In this document: positions 25,878 through 39,114 of the stretch, piece by piece | How positions within the stretch are numbered: position 1 is the first letter of the stretch | Layout of the letters: every line of letters starts with the position of its first letter | Source: Vitrella brassicaformis CCMP3155 | Lineage: Eukaryota > Protista > Chromerida | Reading direction: 5' to 3' | DNA length: 64,000 nucleotides | Assembly (NCBI GenBank): GCA_001179505.1 | Contig: CDMY01000401.1 | Span: 21,950 to 85,949 of the forward strand | The notes under the pieces: model-generated | Told to the model about the DNA's origin: nothing | Databases searched by the model: none | What the model saw: the letters and a program-made list of their open reading frames with translations, nothing else | Made by a program: the position numbers and the translations under genes

Positions 25878-27903
25878 ATGATGCCAGCTCACACGTACGC
25901 CTTCACCGTCCGCCACCACGCCGACCCCAATCTCAAGATGGAGGTCAGGGAGGAGTGCGTCAGGCGATACGAGTACTTCCAGCCGCTCCTTCGCGGCGAC
26001 TTCAACGAGGCCCGCTCTCGAGAGGTAGGTGCGTCAGTCAGCACGCAAAGGAGAGGGAGGAGCTAGCCGCACACAGACAGACGCGCAGGCAGGCGATGTG
26101 TTGGCGTATGTCAGATTGGGTTTGAGGAGGAGCAGATCCCGTTGTCGATAATGGACATTGTGTTCCAGGACCCCATGGACCTCATATCGCAGCTCACACA
26201 AGACAACTTCATCAAAACACTCAAGGCACTCGGTCAGACAGACAGACAGACAGACAGACAGACGGCCATCAGACGCCGGCCGCAAAGGCACTAGAGAAGG
26301 TCCTTGTGACGCTCTGCTCTGTGTGTGTGTGCGCGTGTGTGGGTGTGGGTGTGTTGATGGTGCAGATTTCTTGTGCCTCCGGTGTGACCGGTCGTGGAGT
26401 CAGATAGCCGAGCGATGCGCCAACTTCGTCTCAGAGGTGCGGCCCCTCACCCACCACAGAACACAGCACTACAGAACACAACACAACACGGCACCCTGCA
26501 CACAATGGCATTGATTGCCTCTGTTGTGTGGTGCAGGAGTCGAACTGTCGCGAGTACCTGTACCTGTGTCTGGAGGCGCCTGCGGTGCTGGCGTGCGTCA
26601 ACTACTCCAAGTTCCGCACGTCGGTGGCCAAGGCCTGCGTCGAATGCCCCGAGGCGCTGGGGCTGCTCATGCGCAAGGACAGGGAGAGACCGTACGTACT
26701 CAAGATCGTCCACAAGATGTGCGAGCTCATCGAGAGAGGGTGGAAGGGATTCGACACGGTCACTGGTACCAACGCGCAGCCGACACACACACGGAGAGAG
26801 GGGGAGAGAGGGAGGGAGGGAGGGAGGGCTGGTGTGTATGGTGTGGTGTGGTGTGTTGGATGTTTGTGTGCAGGTGAGAGGTTCTTCTGCGCGTTGTTCA
26901 GCAACCCGTCGTCTCAGTCGGGTGCGGCGGCCCAGAGTCTCGTCGGCGCACTCACGGCCATCTGGCGGCAATCACAATACCACCTACCCAACGTGAGACA
27001 GATGCACACACACACACACACACACACATGGAGACGCACATCAACCACACGTATGTGTGTGAATGTGTTTGTGTGTGTGGTGTGGGTGTAGACCCATATC
27101 TTCAACCCCAACCCGTTCGAGACGAAAGGCGCTGAGATCCCCAACTCGTTCGTCCCCGGCCTCAAGCTCAAGTTCTTCGCATCAGCCGAATCAGGTATGC
27201 TCACACGCCCACCACACCACACCACACCACGCCACACCACACGTGTGTGTCGGCTGTTCACCCACCCTTGTGTGTCTGTGTGTGTGTGGTGGGATGCGTG
27301 TGTGATTTGTTTGTTGTGGTGTGCAGGCAAGGCGGCCGAGACGGGTTTCAAGTTCAAGGAGTACGAGGCCGAGTACAAGGGCTTCGACCGCTGCAACCTG
27401 CCCGCACTCAAGGACGTCAAGGTCTTCGGCTTCCACATGACGCAGGCGCCCAACGACACCACACTCAGGTGTATCTGTGCCAACGCATCGCTCAGATACG
27501 ACACTGCCGAGGTATGTCTGTCTGTATGTCTGTCACACCACACAAGGGGGCAGAGGGTCGGGGGAAGGGGGAGAGGATGATGCGAGCCTTTGTGTGTGTG
27601 TGTGTGTGTGGTTGGTGTCGGTGTTGTGCAGGCCAAGGACGTTCAGCTGGTGGATTGCCGGACCAAGTACGAGGACATCTCGCTGGGCTTCAGCCCGCGG
27701 ACCTCTCAGTTCTACTTCTACGCGTCGGTGGGCAGCCGGATGCAGGGGCCCGAGTGCGAGAAGATCAAGCTGGCCGACATGAAGATCAAGCTCGAGATCA
27801 ACCTCTTCCCACTAAGAACACTCTCACTCTACCTCATTCGACGAGTGAGCGTGTGGGCCCCACCGACACACACACAGGGAGGCGGCCTGTGAGCGCTTGT
27901 GCG

Positions 27904-27935
<32 letters not shown>

Positions 27936-28548
27936 GCAGGTAGTGGGCGGTTCGGCGCACGACTCGCACATCCTACAGGCGTTTTCTGCGGCGCTGTCAC
28001 CGACCCAGCTGGCGGTCCACGCCCACGGCATTTTCGACTACTTGGTGAGCCAGGGGGAGCGCTGCCGCTCCCCACTGATTCTCATGAACAGCTGGTTCTC
28101 ACAGTGCCACGAGCAGGTACGCATCGCATCGCACCAGATCAGCCATCAGCCAACACGCGCACACACACACATGGACGGCGTGTGGCGGTGTGTGTGCAGG
28201 TGAGTGCGTGGCACGCGAGCCGTTTGATTGAGAGTATGTACGACACCAACAACGGCAAGGATGTCGTGTGGCGCAATGCCGACGACACCATACGCTTCCT
28301 GCGAGACTCCAAACGATGGTAAATGCGCCACCCACCCCACACCCCACCCTCCGCCGTGACCATCGCACTCAACTCGATGCATCAGGTTGCCATCCGAGCA
28401 GTTCAAGGAGATCACCACCAAGTTCTACCGTGACGTCGACGGCAACAGCGAGAGGGTGCGCAGCTCGCTCATTGCGGGAATCAAGCGGTTCGTGGCCGAG
28501 GAGGAGCCGGCGGTGCGCAACGTCAGGCCGCGGTATAGCTGGAGCTAG
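25878..28548 (+). CDS. BTB/POZ-like domain protein (multi-exon)
   Basis: N-terminal EECVRRYEYFQPLLRGDFNEARSRE...TQDNFIKTLKADFLCL resembles a BTB fold. Consistent splicing leads to ...VRPRYSWS* at 28548. Confidence 0.65.
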
Positions 28549-28739
28549 CTGCAGCCGATGCGATGCGTGCGGCCGTTCGTTCGTTCGTTCGTTCGTGGGT
28601 GGGTGTGTACAATCATCCTACGCTTGATGGGATGGTGGACGTGTGTGTGTGGCGTGGGTGCGGTGCAACGAGATTCGTCCCATGCTCATCCATCCATCCA
28701 TTCATTCTGTTTTGTCGGCGTGCGGCCGACAGACAGACA

Positions 28740-29285
28740 GACCGACCGGTAGATGGTTAACCTTGCCCTGCCTGAGCGTGCCTTACCTTTCTCCCAACTC
28801 TCTTTGTTGAGTGTGAGTGGCTGCGTGTGAGGGGTGGGTGGGGGATGGTGGAGGTGTGTTGCGCCTTGGCCACAGGCAGGGGTGCTGACCTACCTGCCTT
28901 TCCAATCCTCCCTCTCAGACCAGACACACCTGTGTGTGGGGATCCAATCGTCGATCTTGTGTGGTGGGGTGCGTGTGTTTATGAACTCCGCCTGACACGT
29001 GCCCCGTCGCCTGTGAGAGTGCGGGCGGCGGCCGACGTGCCTGGCGGAGGGGCTGAACACCGCACCGCACCACACCAGACAGGCGGTTGGTTATTATGTA
29101 TACCAGTTTTGCCGCCTGCCTGACTTGATGGCCGGCCGGTCAGTCTGGGTGTGTACCGGACTCTGCGTGCCGGACAACCTTCCCTCGATTGTATGAATGC
29201 GTGTGTTGTGAGAAATTGACAAATAGAAGACGCCTTACAGGTGTGGCCAGTGTTCGCGACGCCGGCCCCAATTCTTTGTCCCCAT
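28740..29285 (-). other. Putative unannotated spliced transcript (small gene or lncRNA)
   Basis: Minus-strand donors at 29238 (GTAAGG), 29103 (GTATAC), 28893 (GTAGGT) and 28786 (GTAAGG), with acceptors near 29185, 29053 and 28821. ATG 29285 would give about 66 aa (MGTKNWGRRREHWPHLEGCPARR...). Confidence 0.3.
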
Positions 29286-29454
29286 TGCAACCGCGATCGC
29301 CAAAAAAGTGTCCCTTCTCTCCCTTTCTCCGCATGCCAGACATCCGCATTGCCATTGGATGGGAATTTCCCTCCTCCCCTTCAGCCCCGTCACCCCCCCA
29401 CTCTCGATGCTGCGGCCCCCACCACTCCACACCACGGGGCAGCGCGTATTCAAC

Positions 29455-31670
29455 ATGATGGACGGCTCCGACGAGGCCGAGCAACGTCGCCTCCGACGAG
29501 CTGTTTCCCCCCCACCAGCTACCTTTTGCCGCGTGTGGGGCCTGGAAGCGACGGAGAAGCAGCCACTCGGGAAAAGAGTATTCCCTCAGGGTCCGGGCAA
29601 GACCCTCTCCGGCCTTCTCCTGGACCCCCACCCGACAAGAGCGCCTCCGCTGCCCGACCGCTCGCCGCGAGAGGTCGGGAAGACCAGCCGAGTAAGGCCG
29701 ACAGATTGACGGGCGAGAGAGAAAGGGATGCACAAGTCGGTCGGTCAAATGATGAGCACTCTCGTTGCATGCCATGGCTGTGTTTGGGTGAGCTGCAGGT
29801 GAAAGACAGGCCGTACGCCAGCTCTCGGACGGACATCACCCTGAGCCGCGACGCCCCGACGACGAGCACCGGCCACGGCAAAAACGCCTCCGGCAAACGT
29901 CTGTGGTCGAGAAAAGCCGATTTCGGCACTCGCTACATGATGGACAACTCCAAGAACCGTCCCAAGCCCAAATATACCAAGGTCCGCGAGACAGATCGGC
30001 TCACGAGATGCCAGTAATGATTGCAGGGAGGGCGTGGCGTCTGTGTGTGTGGGTGTCTGCTGGTTACTTGACTGCAGCATAAGGCCAACAAGAACAAGAC
30101 AACCAACCTCAAGATGGGGACGCTCATACCGGTGCGTCTGACAGTGAGATGTGGAGACAGACAATCCATCCATGTATGTTTCTCTGTAAGCAAGCTGTGC
30201 ATGCATTGCGATGCGTGGTTGGTGCAGGAGAAGAAACAGGACAACTGGGAGGAAACCATACGCCAAGAGAAGTTTGACAAGGTAGGTGGGCCGAAGAGAA
30301 ACGTTCATCGGTGGGCCGTCTACGAGTCTGTCATGTCCTGCCTGCAGAAACGGGATCTGCCTGCAAGCCGCCAGCATGTGCCCTACATCTTGCAAGGGGC
30401 AGCAGACTCCTCGGCATCGGCCAAGAAACCCGATCAGCAACCGAGGTCCGCCGGCACACACACACATAATGAGAGTAGCCTCCCACTGCCTCACCGGCAC
30501 TCTCATCTGTGCGTGCAGCAGCAGCGGTCGCCAGCAGCAGCGACGCGGCGCCATCATGCTGGCCAAGGAGCCCGACATCCCAAAGGCCAGCCGTTTGTCG
30601 TGGAATGCCGTTGGCGGCCCGGCTGCCGCAGCTATGGAGACACAGACAATGCCCGAAATCAAGATTCCGGTGGAGGTTGAGGCCACCACGAGGCCCATTC
30701 GCCGGCCGGTGGATGAGAAGTGGGCTGGAGAGGGCAGGGCCACGACCAAAGCCGGCAGGGTCTGGCCACCACCTATGGTATGCGACAGATAAAGAGACAC
30801 AGGGAGGGAGGGAGGGAGGGAGAGGGGAAGAGACATGTGTCTGTCTGTCTGGTGTCTTTCTGTCAGGTGAGTCCTCCTTCGCATGGCCCGGGGTTCCCCT
30901 GGGATGGGCCGAATGCAAAGCCTTACGTAGGGCGACACAGACAGACCAACAGCCTCGACTCAACTCATCCATTGGGCCTGGCTGGCTCTCTGGCTTGTTG
31001 ATGTGTGTGTGTGTGTGTGTGCGTGTCAGGGTTGGCCTGATTCGAAGCGTGCTTTTCAGATGAACGCCGTGTACCCCGCCTCCCTTGCTCGTAAGGAGAC
31101 AGCAGACAGACAGACAGAGGAACTGACACCTCACTCTGACTGCTGTTCCTTTGGTGTGTTGGTGTTTGTGTGTGCTTCCGTCTCTAGCAACGGTCCAAGT
31201 GGCCAAACATGTGAGAAGGAAAGCCTCACCAGATCGACACACCCTTCCAGGAAGGCCTCTTCCCGTGCCTCTCCTCGTCTGTCTGTCTGTCTCACTGGCT
31301 GCAGGTGCCTGTTGGTTCGCTCACCCTTTTCGGCTCAAAGCCCCCTCACCCTGCTAAAGTGGTAACCATGACACAAATGGACATACCCACACCATGTCTC
31401 ACCCCAACACACACACACACACACTTACATGGCGTGCAGCCGTTCATGAGCGATGAGGCCAACTACGCCAGCTACCTCACCACCAGCTCCCTGGCGGCCT
31501 CGGCCTCACGTGACGTCCGCAAAACGGCCGGCCTCCCCTCGTGTGCAGTGGTGAAACCCGTGGCGGGCCCGTCTCTCGGCCGCACACACGTCATTCGCCG
31601 CTCGCACGGCGTCGACATGGCCGGGGGCACGCTGCAGCATGACATCTTCTCGCACATGGTCGCTCGCTGA
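29455..31670 (+). CDS. Hypothetical basic, low-complexity protein (multi-exon)
   Basis: ATG 29455 (MMDGSDEAEQRRLRR). Exons include SRKADFGTRYMMDNSKNRPKPKYTK, EKKQDNWEETIRQEKFDK and a last exon ending ...DIFSHMVAR* at 31670. No family recognised. Confidence 0.55.
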
Positions 31671-32024
31671 CCCATCGATTCGCCAGGGGCAGAGGGCAAA
31701 AGGGAAAGGTTTGCTGGGCGGGGTAACTACCTACTGTGCTGGGCGTGACTGGCTGGTTTGTGGCTTGATGCATGTGTGTGTGTGTGAGCAATGGGGTGTG
31801 GGGAGTTGCTGTTGAGACGGTCGGCAGGTGGTCGCGAGGCTGGCTAAAGTCGCCACTCGTGTGTGTAACTAACTGGACTTTGGGACATACTGACTGACAT
31901 GACATTTGTGTACGAGCACGAACTATCGTCAAGAATGAACTAAGTCCTCTCCTCGCACCGACAATCACATAACACGCAATAAAGGCCGGCTCATCGCCCA
32001 CCCAACGACACACACACCGCGCCC

Positions 32025-35000
32025 CTAGATAAATCGGAACGTGTTCATTGTCTGCCTGAGCTCCGACTGCCGCCTCATGGCCAGCTGCCGCGTGTCGGCC
32101 AACACATGCGCCACCAGAGCGATGCGCGAGGCCTTGGCCGCCTGCACATCCGCTTGTGCATCCCCACCCCTCCCCCTCCCCCTCCCCTTGCCGAGGTACC
32201 TCTGAGCCTGCAGCGCCTCCAGCGCACCTTCCAACCCACCTGCACACACACACACACAACACGTGTATATGTATAAGCTTTCTTGCCTGTGCTGCTGACG
32301 ACACGCACCTTTCTGAGAGGGTGGGAGGTTTCTCTCCAGGTCGACCTGGCTGGAGAGTGTGTCCAGGAGTGGGAGCACGTTGAATGAGGGCGTGGGGAAG
32401 TGGTGGTGGGGGTTGGTGTGTGGCACCGCCGCCAGGAGGGCGCGCTGGTGGTACTCGGAGTGGGGGTGGTCGGACTTGAGAATCAGGTTGAGGAAGCTCA
32501 GTGTGTCCAAGATGCTGTCCATTCCGTCCAGCACTGTCGCTGCACGAGAAGAGGATGCGCGTGTGTGTGTGTGTGCGTGTGTGTGGTTTCTGCATCATTG
32601 CTTACTGTCGCCCGCGAGGTTGGTCTTCATGACTTTGAGCATTCTGCCGCAATTCAGGCTCTGCTGCTCAGCATCTGCACAAACGCATTGACAGAGCGAC
32701 ATCCACACACACACACACACGACATGGCCTCTCGATGGAGCACAACTATCACCTGGCGGCTCCATGAGTGTGACCTCGTTCCACCAGTCCTCCCTAATGA
32801 CTTTGGTGACGCCCGCAGCCACTTTGTCGAGCTTGGTCTTGGCCAGCAGCTCCAAATACAGCGACACACGGAACTCCCTGCCCACACACACAACCAACAC
32901 AGAGAGAGATGGGAGCTGCGTCACATGATGTGTCTCAATCGAGTGTTCAACAGACCACTTGAACAGCCTGGCGATGTCGGCAAACGTCTTGAAGATCGAC
33001 GCCCGCTCACGCGCCCCCAGGTCGCCGCTCATCGGGAGGGATTCCAGCAGCTGACGGACGGACGGACAGACGGACAGATCAGGCGAGCACGTACACAATC
33101 GTGCTTGGTGTGTGTGCATCTACCTACCATTGCGAAGTAGCCCCGTGGGTCAAATGTCCACCGATGAAAGGTCACGAAGCTGCCGGGGTACTGCCGACTC
33201 GCCAGCCGGAAATAAGGCCACGCAGCGTGCAGCAGCACATGACCTGCACACACACACACACACCCAAAAACACTGTGGATGCTGTATTTCCCCCTCTGCA
33301 TTCGCCACTCACCTTTCTCGGCGAGCATTTGCTGCAAGGCGGCTGCTGCTGCTGATGCGGGGTCGTCTTCGGCGTCTGTCGGGGGGATGCGCCACTGGCG
33401 TGTGAAGATGGCCGGCGGCCGGGGGCCTTTTTCTGCCTTTTTGAGCAGCACGTAGGACGCCTTGAGGTGCAGGTTGACGAGCAGCTCGGTGGAATAACAC
33501 AGAGGGAGCTGGTGCTGATATCCACACACACAGCAGGAGACAGACATCCACTCGGCCTGTATGTCTGTCTGTATGTCAGTCTGTCTGGACGTGCAGCTAC
33601 CTCCTGTATCTTGTGCACCAACATGACATAGGTGATGCAGGCGAACCCCAGTGGCGTCAACTCCATGTCGCCGCCCCCATCGCTACACGCGTCATGGATT
33701 GGCAGACCGCGCAGCTTCGACATGAAGTCAGGGTGCAGCCGAAAGATCCACCGGACACACGCACGCAGCATCTCCACCACAGCTGGCGGCTCGTCCAGCT
33801 GACACGACTCACGGAGGAACCAGCCCTGCAGGACAGCAGGACAGAGAAGCGGCCTGTGTGGCGAGGCAAAGCATTGGCCATTGGCCTTTTCGCGTACCGT
33901 CGACCCGACTTGTGCAAGGGGGTTGGCCACCTCGCCCGTCGCAATGCGCACAAAGTCGCTGTCCAGCTGCAGAAAATACCTCACACAGAGGAGCGAACAT
34001 GCCTATGTGTGTGTTTGTGTGTGTGTGTCTCCCCTCAGCCAGACACCTACTCACTCACCAGCTGTATCCGGGCGTGTATGTTGCTGTCCTCATCCATACT
34101 CGACCCTCCCAACTCCCGGACCTCACCTGCAGACAGACAGGCAAACGGCAGAAGGAAGGAATGACACAGAAGAAGAGCGCTTTAGCTTCAGACCGACACC
34201 AATGATATGACTGACCATGTGTGACCTCCTCTCACCGTGCTGCATGTCCACCAGAAACGTCACTGGGGCAGACCGCTGCCCGCGGTGGATATCAAAGCGG
34301 TACCGATACCCCGACACAGAGCCCGCACTCGCACCACTGGCGGCACCATTCATCCCTCCTCGCTGCCGCAGGCGGCGGGCAAGCTGACACAGGAGGGGCC
34401 ACGCCTTCAGCTGCTGGGCTCCTGCAGAGCCTTCGAGGTGGCCGTTGACGGGGTGCTGGTCGCCAGCATCGTCAGGTGTGAACATGGCTCGGTTGAAGAG
34501 GGCGGCCGCCGCAAGATGCCCCTCGACGCGGAAGTGGAGCTGTGGGAAAGGCAGACAACACGAGAGACGTGAGACCGCTGTTTGTGTATGTGTGTGTGTT
34601 GGCCGTGCGCACCGCACCGCAGGCGACTCTTTCGACGTTGCTTCGGCCGACCGCCTGACGCGCAATGACGGCACCACTCTCTCCATCAACTGAACAAGTC
34701 AGTGACGGCAGACGGACAGTCAAGTCAACACACACATGGACGGAAGGACGACACTCAAACACTCGCACACACACTTGCCTTGCAAATGAAGGTGGCAATG
34801 GATATCGGCCCCACTCGGTGGGCGTCTTCCTCCTGCGGCTCGCCAGCCACCTCACCCAGCCGCTCCACCACACCTGTCAGCACCTCACACAGCCTTTCTT
34901 TCGTCGGTGCCGTCACATCCACAAGACCCGCAGACCACGGCATCTCCACCAGGGCCCACAGCACCCCCGGCAGCCCGCCAGCCACAAAGTGAGCGCGTTT

Positions 35001-35486
35001 CCGACTGATGCGCCCGAGCACCTCCACCAGATGCCTCGCGCACACCAGCTTCGCCTCGCTGCACACATCGCGCGCTCGCATGGCGTCCATGAGCGCCATG
35101 TACATCTCTTTCGGCTTGCAGAGGTCGCAGCATCGGCTGGTGAAGGCTCCCAGCGGCTGCAGCTGGTCGTCCAGCGCCTGTTTGGTCAGCTGCTGTGGGG
35201 AGAGGGGTGCAGTGGCGTGACAGATGGCCGCGTACACGTCGCTCACAAGGCCTTGCAATGGCTTGCTGTCGGCAAGCCGCTCGGAGAGGTAGGCCATGAG
35301 TCGAAGGGCCCGTGCCGCCTTGTGCTGTTCATCTGGTGCTTCGTCGAGCCACACCTTGATGAGCTGGTAGGCCAGTTCGGTGTCCTTGTCGTCGCTCAGG
35401 GTCAGCAGGGCGGCCGGCAGGTGGTCTGTCGAGGACGGATCTGCCGAGGCATCTTCCTGATCTGACGCAGCTAAGGCGGCTGACAT
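32025..35486 (-). CDS. Glomulin/ALF4 (Ybp2-type) helical-repeat protein
   Basis: N-terminal LCKPKEMYMALMDAM resembles the PKEMLLxL motif, and C-terminal MDSILDTLSFLNLILKSD resembles the glomulin DRIMASLNLLRYL motif (both recalled). Helical repeats throughout; stop at 32025. Confidence 0.55.
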
Positions 35487-35546
35487 GGCCTCAATGCTAT
35501 GAGATGGAAAGATCTAGGCACCGCCCCTTCATCCTCTCTCTTGTAG

Positions 35547-35566
35547 AAGCTCGCGAAGAAGCTCGC
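35547..35566. promoter_or_regulatory. Direct repeat AAGCTCGC x2 in divergent spacer (glomulin-like / TauE)
   Basis: GAAGCTCGCGAAGAAGCTCGCGA between ATGs at 35486(-) and 35676(+). Confidence 0.6.
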
Positions 35567-35675
35567 GATCGGAAAAATCTGCTCTGAATCTCCTCTGCAG
35601 CATCCTCAATCTGCATTCTTCCATCGTGCGTATGCTCCAGCGAGGCCGCCTCGGCTTTAACTTGCGAGAATCAAC

Positions 35676-37837
35676 ATGTCCGAACTCTGGATGGCTTTCC
35701 TGTCTCTGGGCGTGTCGGCCTTGTTCGGTAAGCGCAGAAACGCACACATGAAGCTTGGCTGAGTGACCACAGCAGCGCAGCGCACCAAAAGATTGGCGAA
35801 ATTTGATGGCTGCGCTGTGTGTGTGTGTGTGTGTGTGTGTGTGACGCAGCCGGGTTCTCGAAAGGACTTGTTGGCATCGGCGAGGGCGTCATGTTCCATG
35901 CCATGTAGGAGCTGCTGAATATGGACAATCTCACGCGCACACTCGCTGGCTGCTTTCATTCATGATGCCTGTTATGGATTGACTTCCCATTCTCTTCCTT
36001 CTCCTTACACACAGCTTCGCCACGATCACCCTGTTCTGGCCTCAAATGGGGACCTCAAGCACCATACAGGTGAACCGTCGGACGACAGAAAGAGCCTCCT
36101 CACTCTCTCTTCCTCCCACTGTGTGAGTCGTGTGTGTGGTGCTCTGCGGTCGATTCATTCATTCAGTTGCGTGTGGGTGCCCTGGGTTTCAGCACCTGGT
36201 TCAGCAACACGATGGTGGTAGGCTTCGAGTGGCAGGCCTGCCGGCGGTACTGGAAGGCGGGCCTCGTCTTCGGCATCGGCTGCATAACCAACATCCTCGG
36301 CGCCTGGCTCCTCACCTCACTCCCCACAGACCTCATCTCTACCGCACTCGGATGGCTCTTTGTCATGTTCGCTCTGTGGTGCGCCACCCAGGACGTCAAA
36401 CGACACCTTAGGCGCGACACCGGGTTGGGCGAGAATGAGGCCACCAACAGGGAGGGCAAGGGATCGGGAGAGGGCGAGGGAGAGGGAGAGGGAGACGAAG
36501 CGGCCAGCACTGTTCCGCCCGCTGTGTATGGCAACAAGGAAGACAGCAGTGGAGAGCCGTCCGGGTCAGCCGGGAGGGACGGGCAGCATCAGCAGGAGCA
36601 GCGGCAGTCGAGCAATGGTGGCGGTGAGGCGCCAATCACCCTGTCGCGATGCTTACTCCTGGAGGTCTTCGGAGCAGGTCAGTGAGCCCTGGCCACCCAG
36701 CCAGCCACCCACCCAATCATGCACTCCTGTCCACACGGGTCCATCTGATATGCATGTGCTGTGTGCTGCATCCCTCACATAGGTGCTGTGACGGGCATCT
36801 GTCTGGGCAGCGTCGGTGTGGGTGCCCCCGCCCTGGTCTACTTCACCCTTCGCCGCTGGCCCAAGTCCTTCATGCGTGCCGTCTTCTGCATGGCGTGCAG
36901 CATGGAACTGCTCGTCAGAAACGCTACATACGCCGTCATCGGCATGCACCAGCTCGACTACTGGCCGCAGTATCTGGTGGTCCTCGGGGCACTCCTATCG
37001 GCCGTCTTCATTGGGGGCGCACTCACACACGTCGTCAACACAGAAATGTGTGTAGCCAAGGAAGGGGCGCGGAAAGACTTCGTGAGTGACGGTTGCGTGT
37101 GTCTGTGTGTCAGGTGCAATCGGTTTCTGAATGCGATCCTGTGGCTGTCGTCTCTCCAGCTGCTCGGCCTTTACGAAGGCGACACGCACAGGTATGCAAT
37201 CACACATCCAACAATGAGCAGTGAGAGGAGTCCATACAGCCCTCTGCGCCCGTGTGTGTGTGTGTGTGTGTGTATGTCAACCACCAGCCTGGCAGCTCTA
37301 GTCGGCACGGCCGTGTGGTGCATGGGTGTGGGCCTGTGGGTGCTGTCGATGAAGACCTCACTCTGCCACTTCATCGTCCGCAGCAGCAAGCCGTCGTCGT
37401 CGAGCATTCACGACACCCTCGACGAGTCAGACGGCATCTCCACCGGCCCAGAGCCGGCGCTCTTCTCCCCTCTGCACACGCCCCGCCACACCGCTGTGCC
37501 GCCGCCATCGGCGTCACAGCAGCACCCGGCAGATGTGCGGCTGGACATCGGCACCAACAGCAACCCCGAAAAGACCAACGACATGACATTGCTGCTGAGG
37601 CGCGCTCGCAGAGTGCAGCCGGCACCGCTGACCCCGTCTCTGCGGCCGTATTTGCCGAGTACTGGTGGTGTGAACAGCAGTAACAAAACTGTTCAGGGGT
37701 CCTTGGTTCGTCTGCGCAGCCCTTCTGATGAAGGTGAGGACGACGCGCAGCACCGGGGGGAGTGGGTTGGGGAGGGGTCGGGGCTCGGCATTGCAGACAA
37801 GACGGAGATGCTCGAGCGCATCGACAGCCCAAGGTGA
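35676..37837 (+). CDS. TauE/SafE (sulfite exporter) family membrane protein
   Basis: MSELWMAFLSLGVSALF-AGFSKGLVGIGEG; second half GAVTGICLGSVGVGAPALVYF...FMRAVFC. Multiple TM helices and a long acidic loop; stop at 37837. Confidence 0.75.
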
Positions 37838-38513
37838 CGCGCGTGAAGGGAGGGAAGCCTCAAGTATGTGTTGTGTATGTGCCATCCTCTGTGTGTGGAT
37901 GCAGCCGCGAGTCGACGTCACATGACAGCCATGCGAGCGAAGAGGGGGCGCCGGGGGAGGCCGCCACGGCCTGATCGACCGGAGAGAGAACCTGGGGCTT
38001 TTTTCTGTCACTTTTTGTGTGTGCTTTGTTGTGCTGTCCGCAAACTTGTTGGTCTTTTGTAAAAAGGGAAGGGGGGCCGGGCCTGGTGTCCTGTCCTGTC
38101 GACGATTGGTTGATTTGATGATCGAGCTCACGCCACGCACTCGTTGGTGTCTTGTAAAATGGGGATGGGGGCGAAAGGAAAGGCAGGGACGGAGCGGGGG
38201 GTGGGAAGACACAGTGTGGGCACACACTGTATCTATGCCCTGTACGTTTGTATGTGTATACGTGACGGTCTTTTGATAAACATCGGCTGTGTTAACGCTG
38301 ACGCCCACCTTCGTGTTGAGTTGGTCGCATGTGAGCACTCCGAGACAGTCTAAACGGTTCCGCTCGACTGTTGTAGGCAGCCAGCTTGTGTGTTGTGTGG
38401 ACCCTTCGTGGACGGACATGCAGTGGGTGGCGTGCCTCAGTCATCGGAGGCGTTTTTGGTCAAGCAATCTGTCTACTGCGCGCAGCTTGGGTGGGCGTCT
38501 TAGCTGTAGGGCC

Positions 38514-38545
<32 letters not shown>

Positions 38546-39114
38546 GGTGCACACGTGGTCGCTTGCCTACTGGCAGCGGAGAGAGGGGGAGAGAGAGAGA
38601 GAGAGAGAGGGAGAGCTTACCATTTTGTGTGAGAGAGTCAGTGGAGTCAGTGACCGGTAGCTAGCTGCGCAGCTAGTCGGCGCACTACCGACCTACCTGC
38701 CGGCCAGCCCCTGTTCTGTAATTCCTGCAGTCGTGCATGCGTGACTCGTTTTCCCTGACCTGACCGTGATCGATGCGACGGTCACCAATTAATCAGCCAG
38801 CCAGCACCATTTTATGTATGTGTGTAATGCGTACCTGCAGTGTAGTGTACTGTAGTAGCCACAAACAAGCTTGGCAGGTAGGGTGTGTGTTGCGACATTG
38901 AATTTTTCACTACTTGAATGGATCAGATCGATTCAACAGGTGACTGTGCGTCCCGCGCATGGCCTGTCCGCTGCTCTCATAACGATGTATGATGCGATGG
39001 ATGAGATTGGCACAGAATCTCTAACACCTAAGGACAGCTGGACCGAACCAACGGACGAACACGGCCCGGAAGGGCAACACACACATGAAATGCACGTTGA
39101 CCTGACGAGAGTGC

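Noticed and set aside
11843-35486. Apparent ubiquitin/CRL cluster (CUE, F-box, BTB, glomulin-like)
   Set aside because: The genes are interspersed with unrelated ones, and F-box and BTB families are large, so chance co-location is likely.
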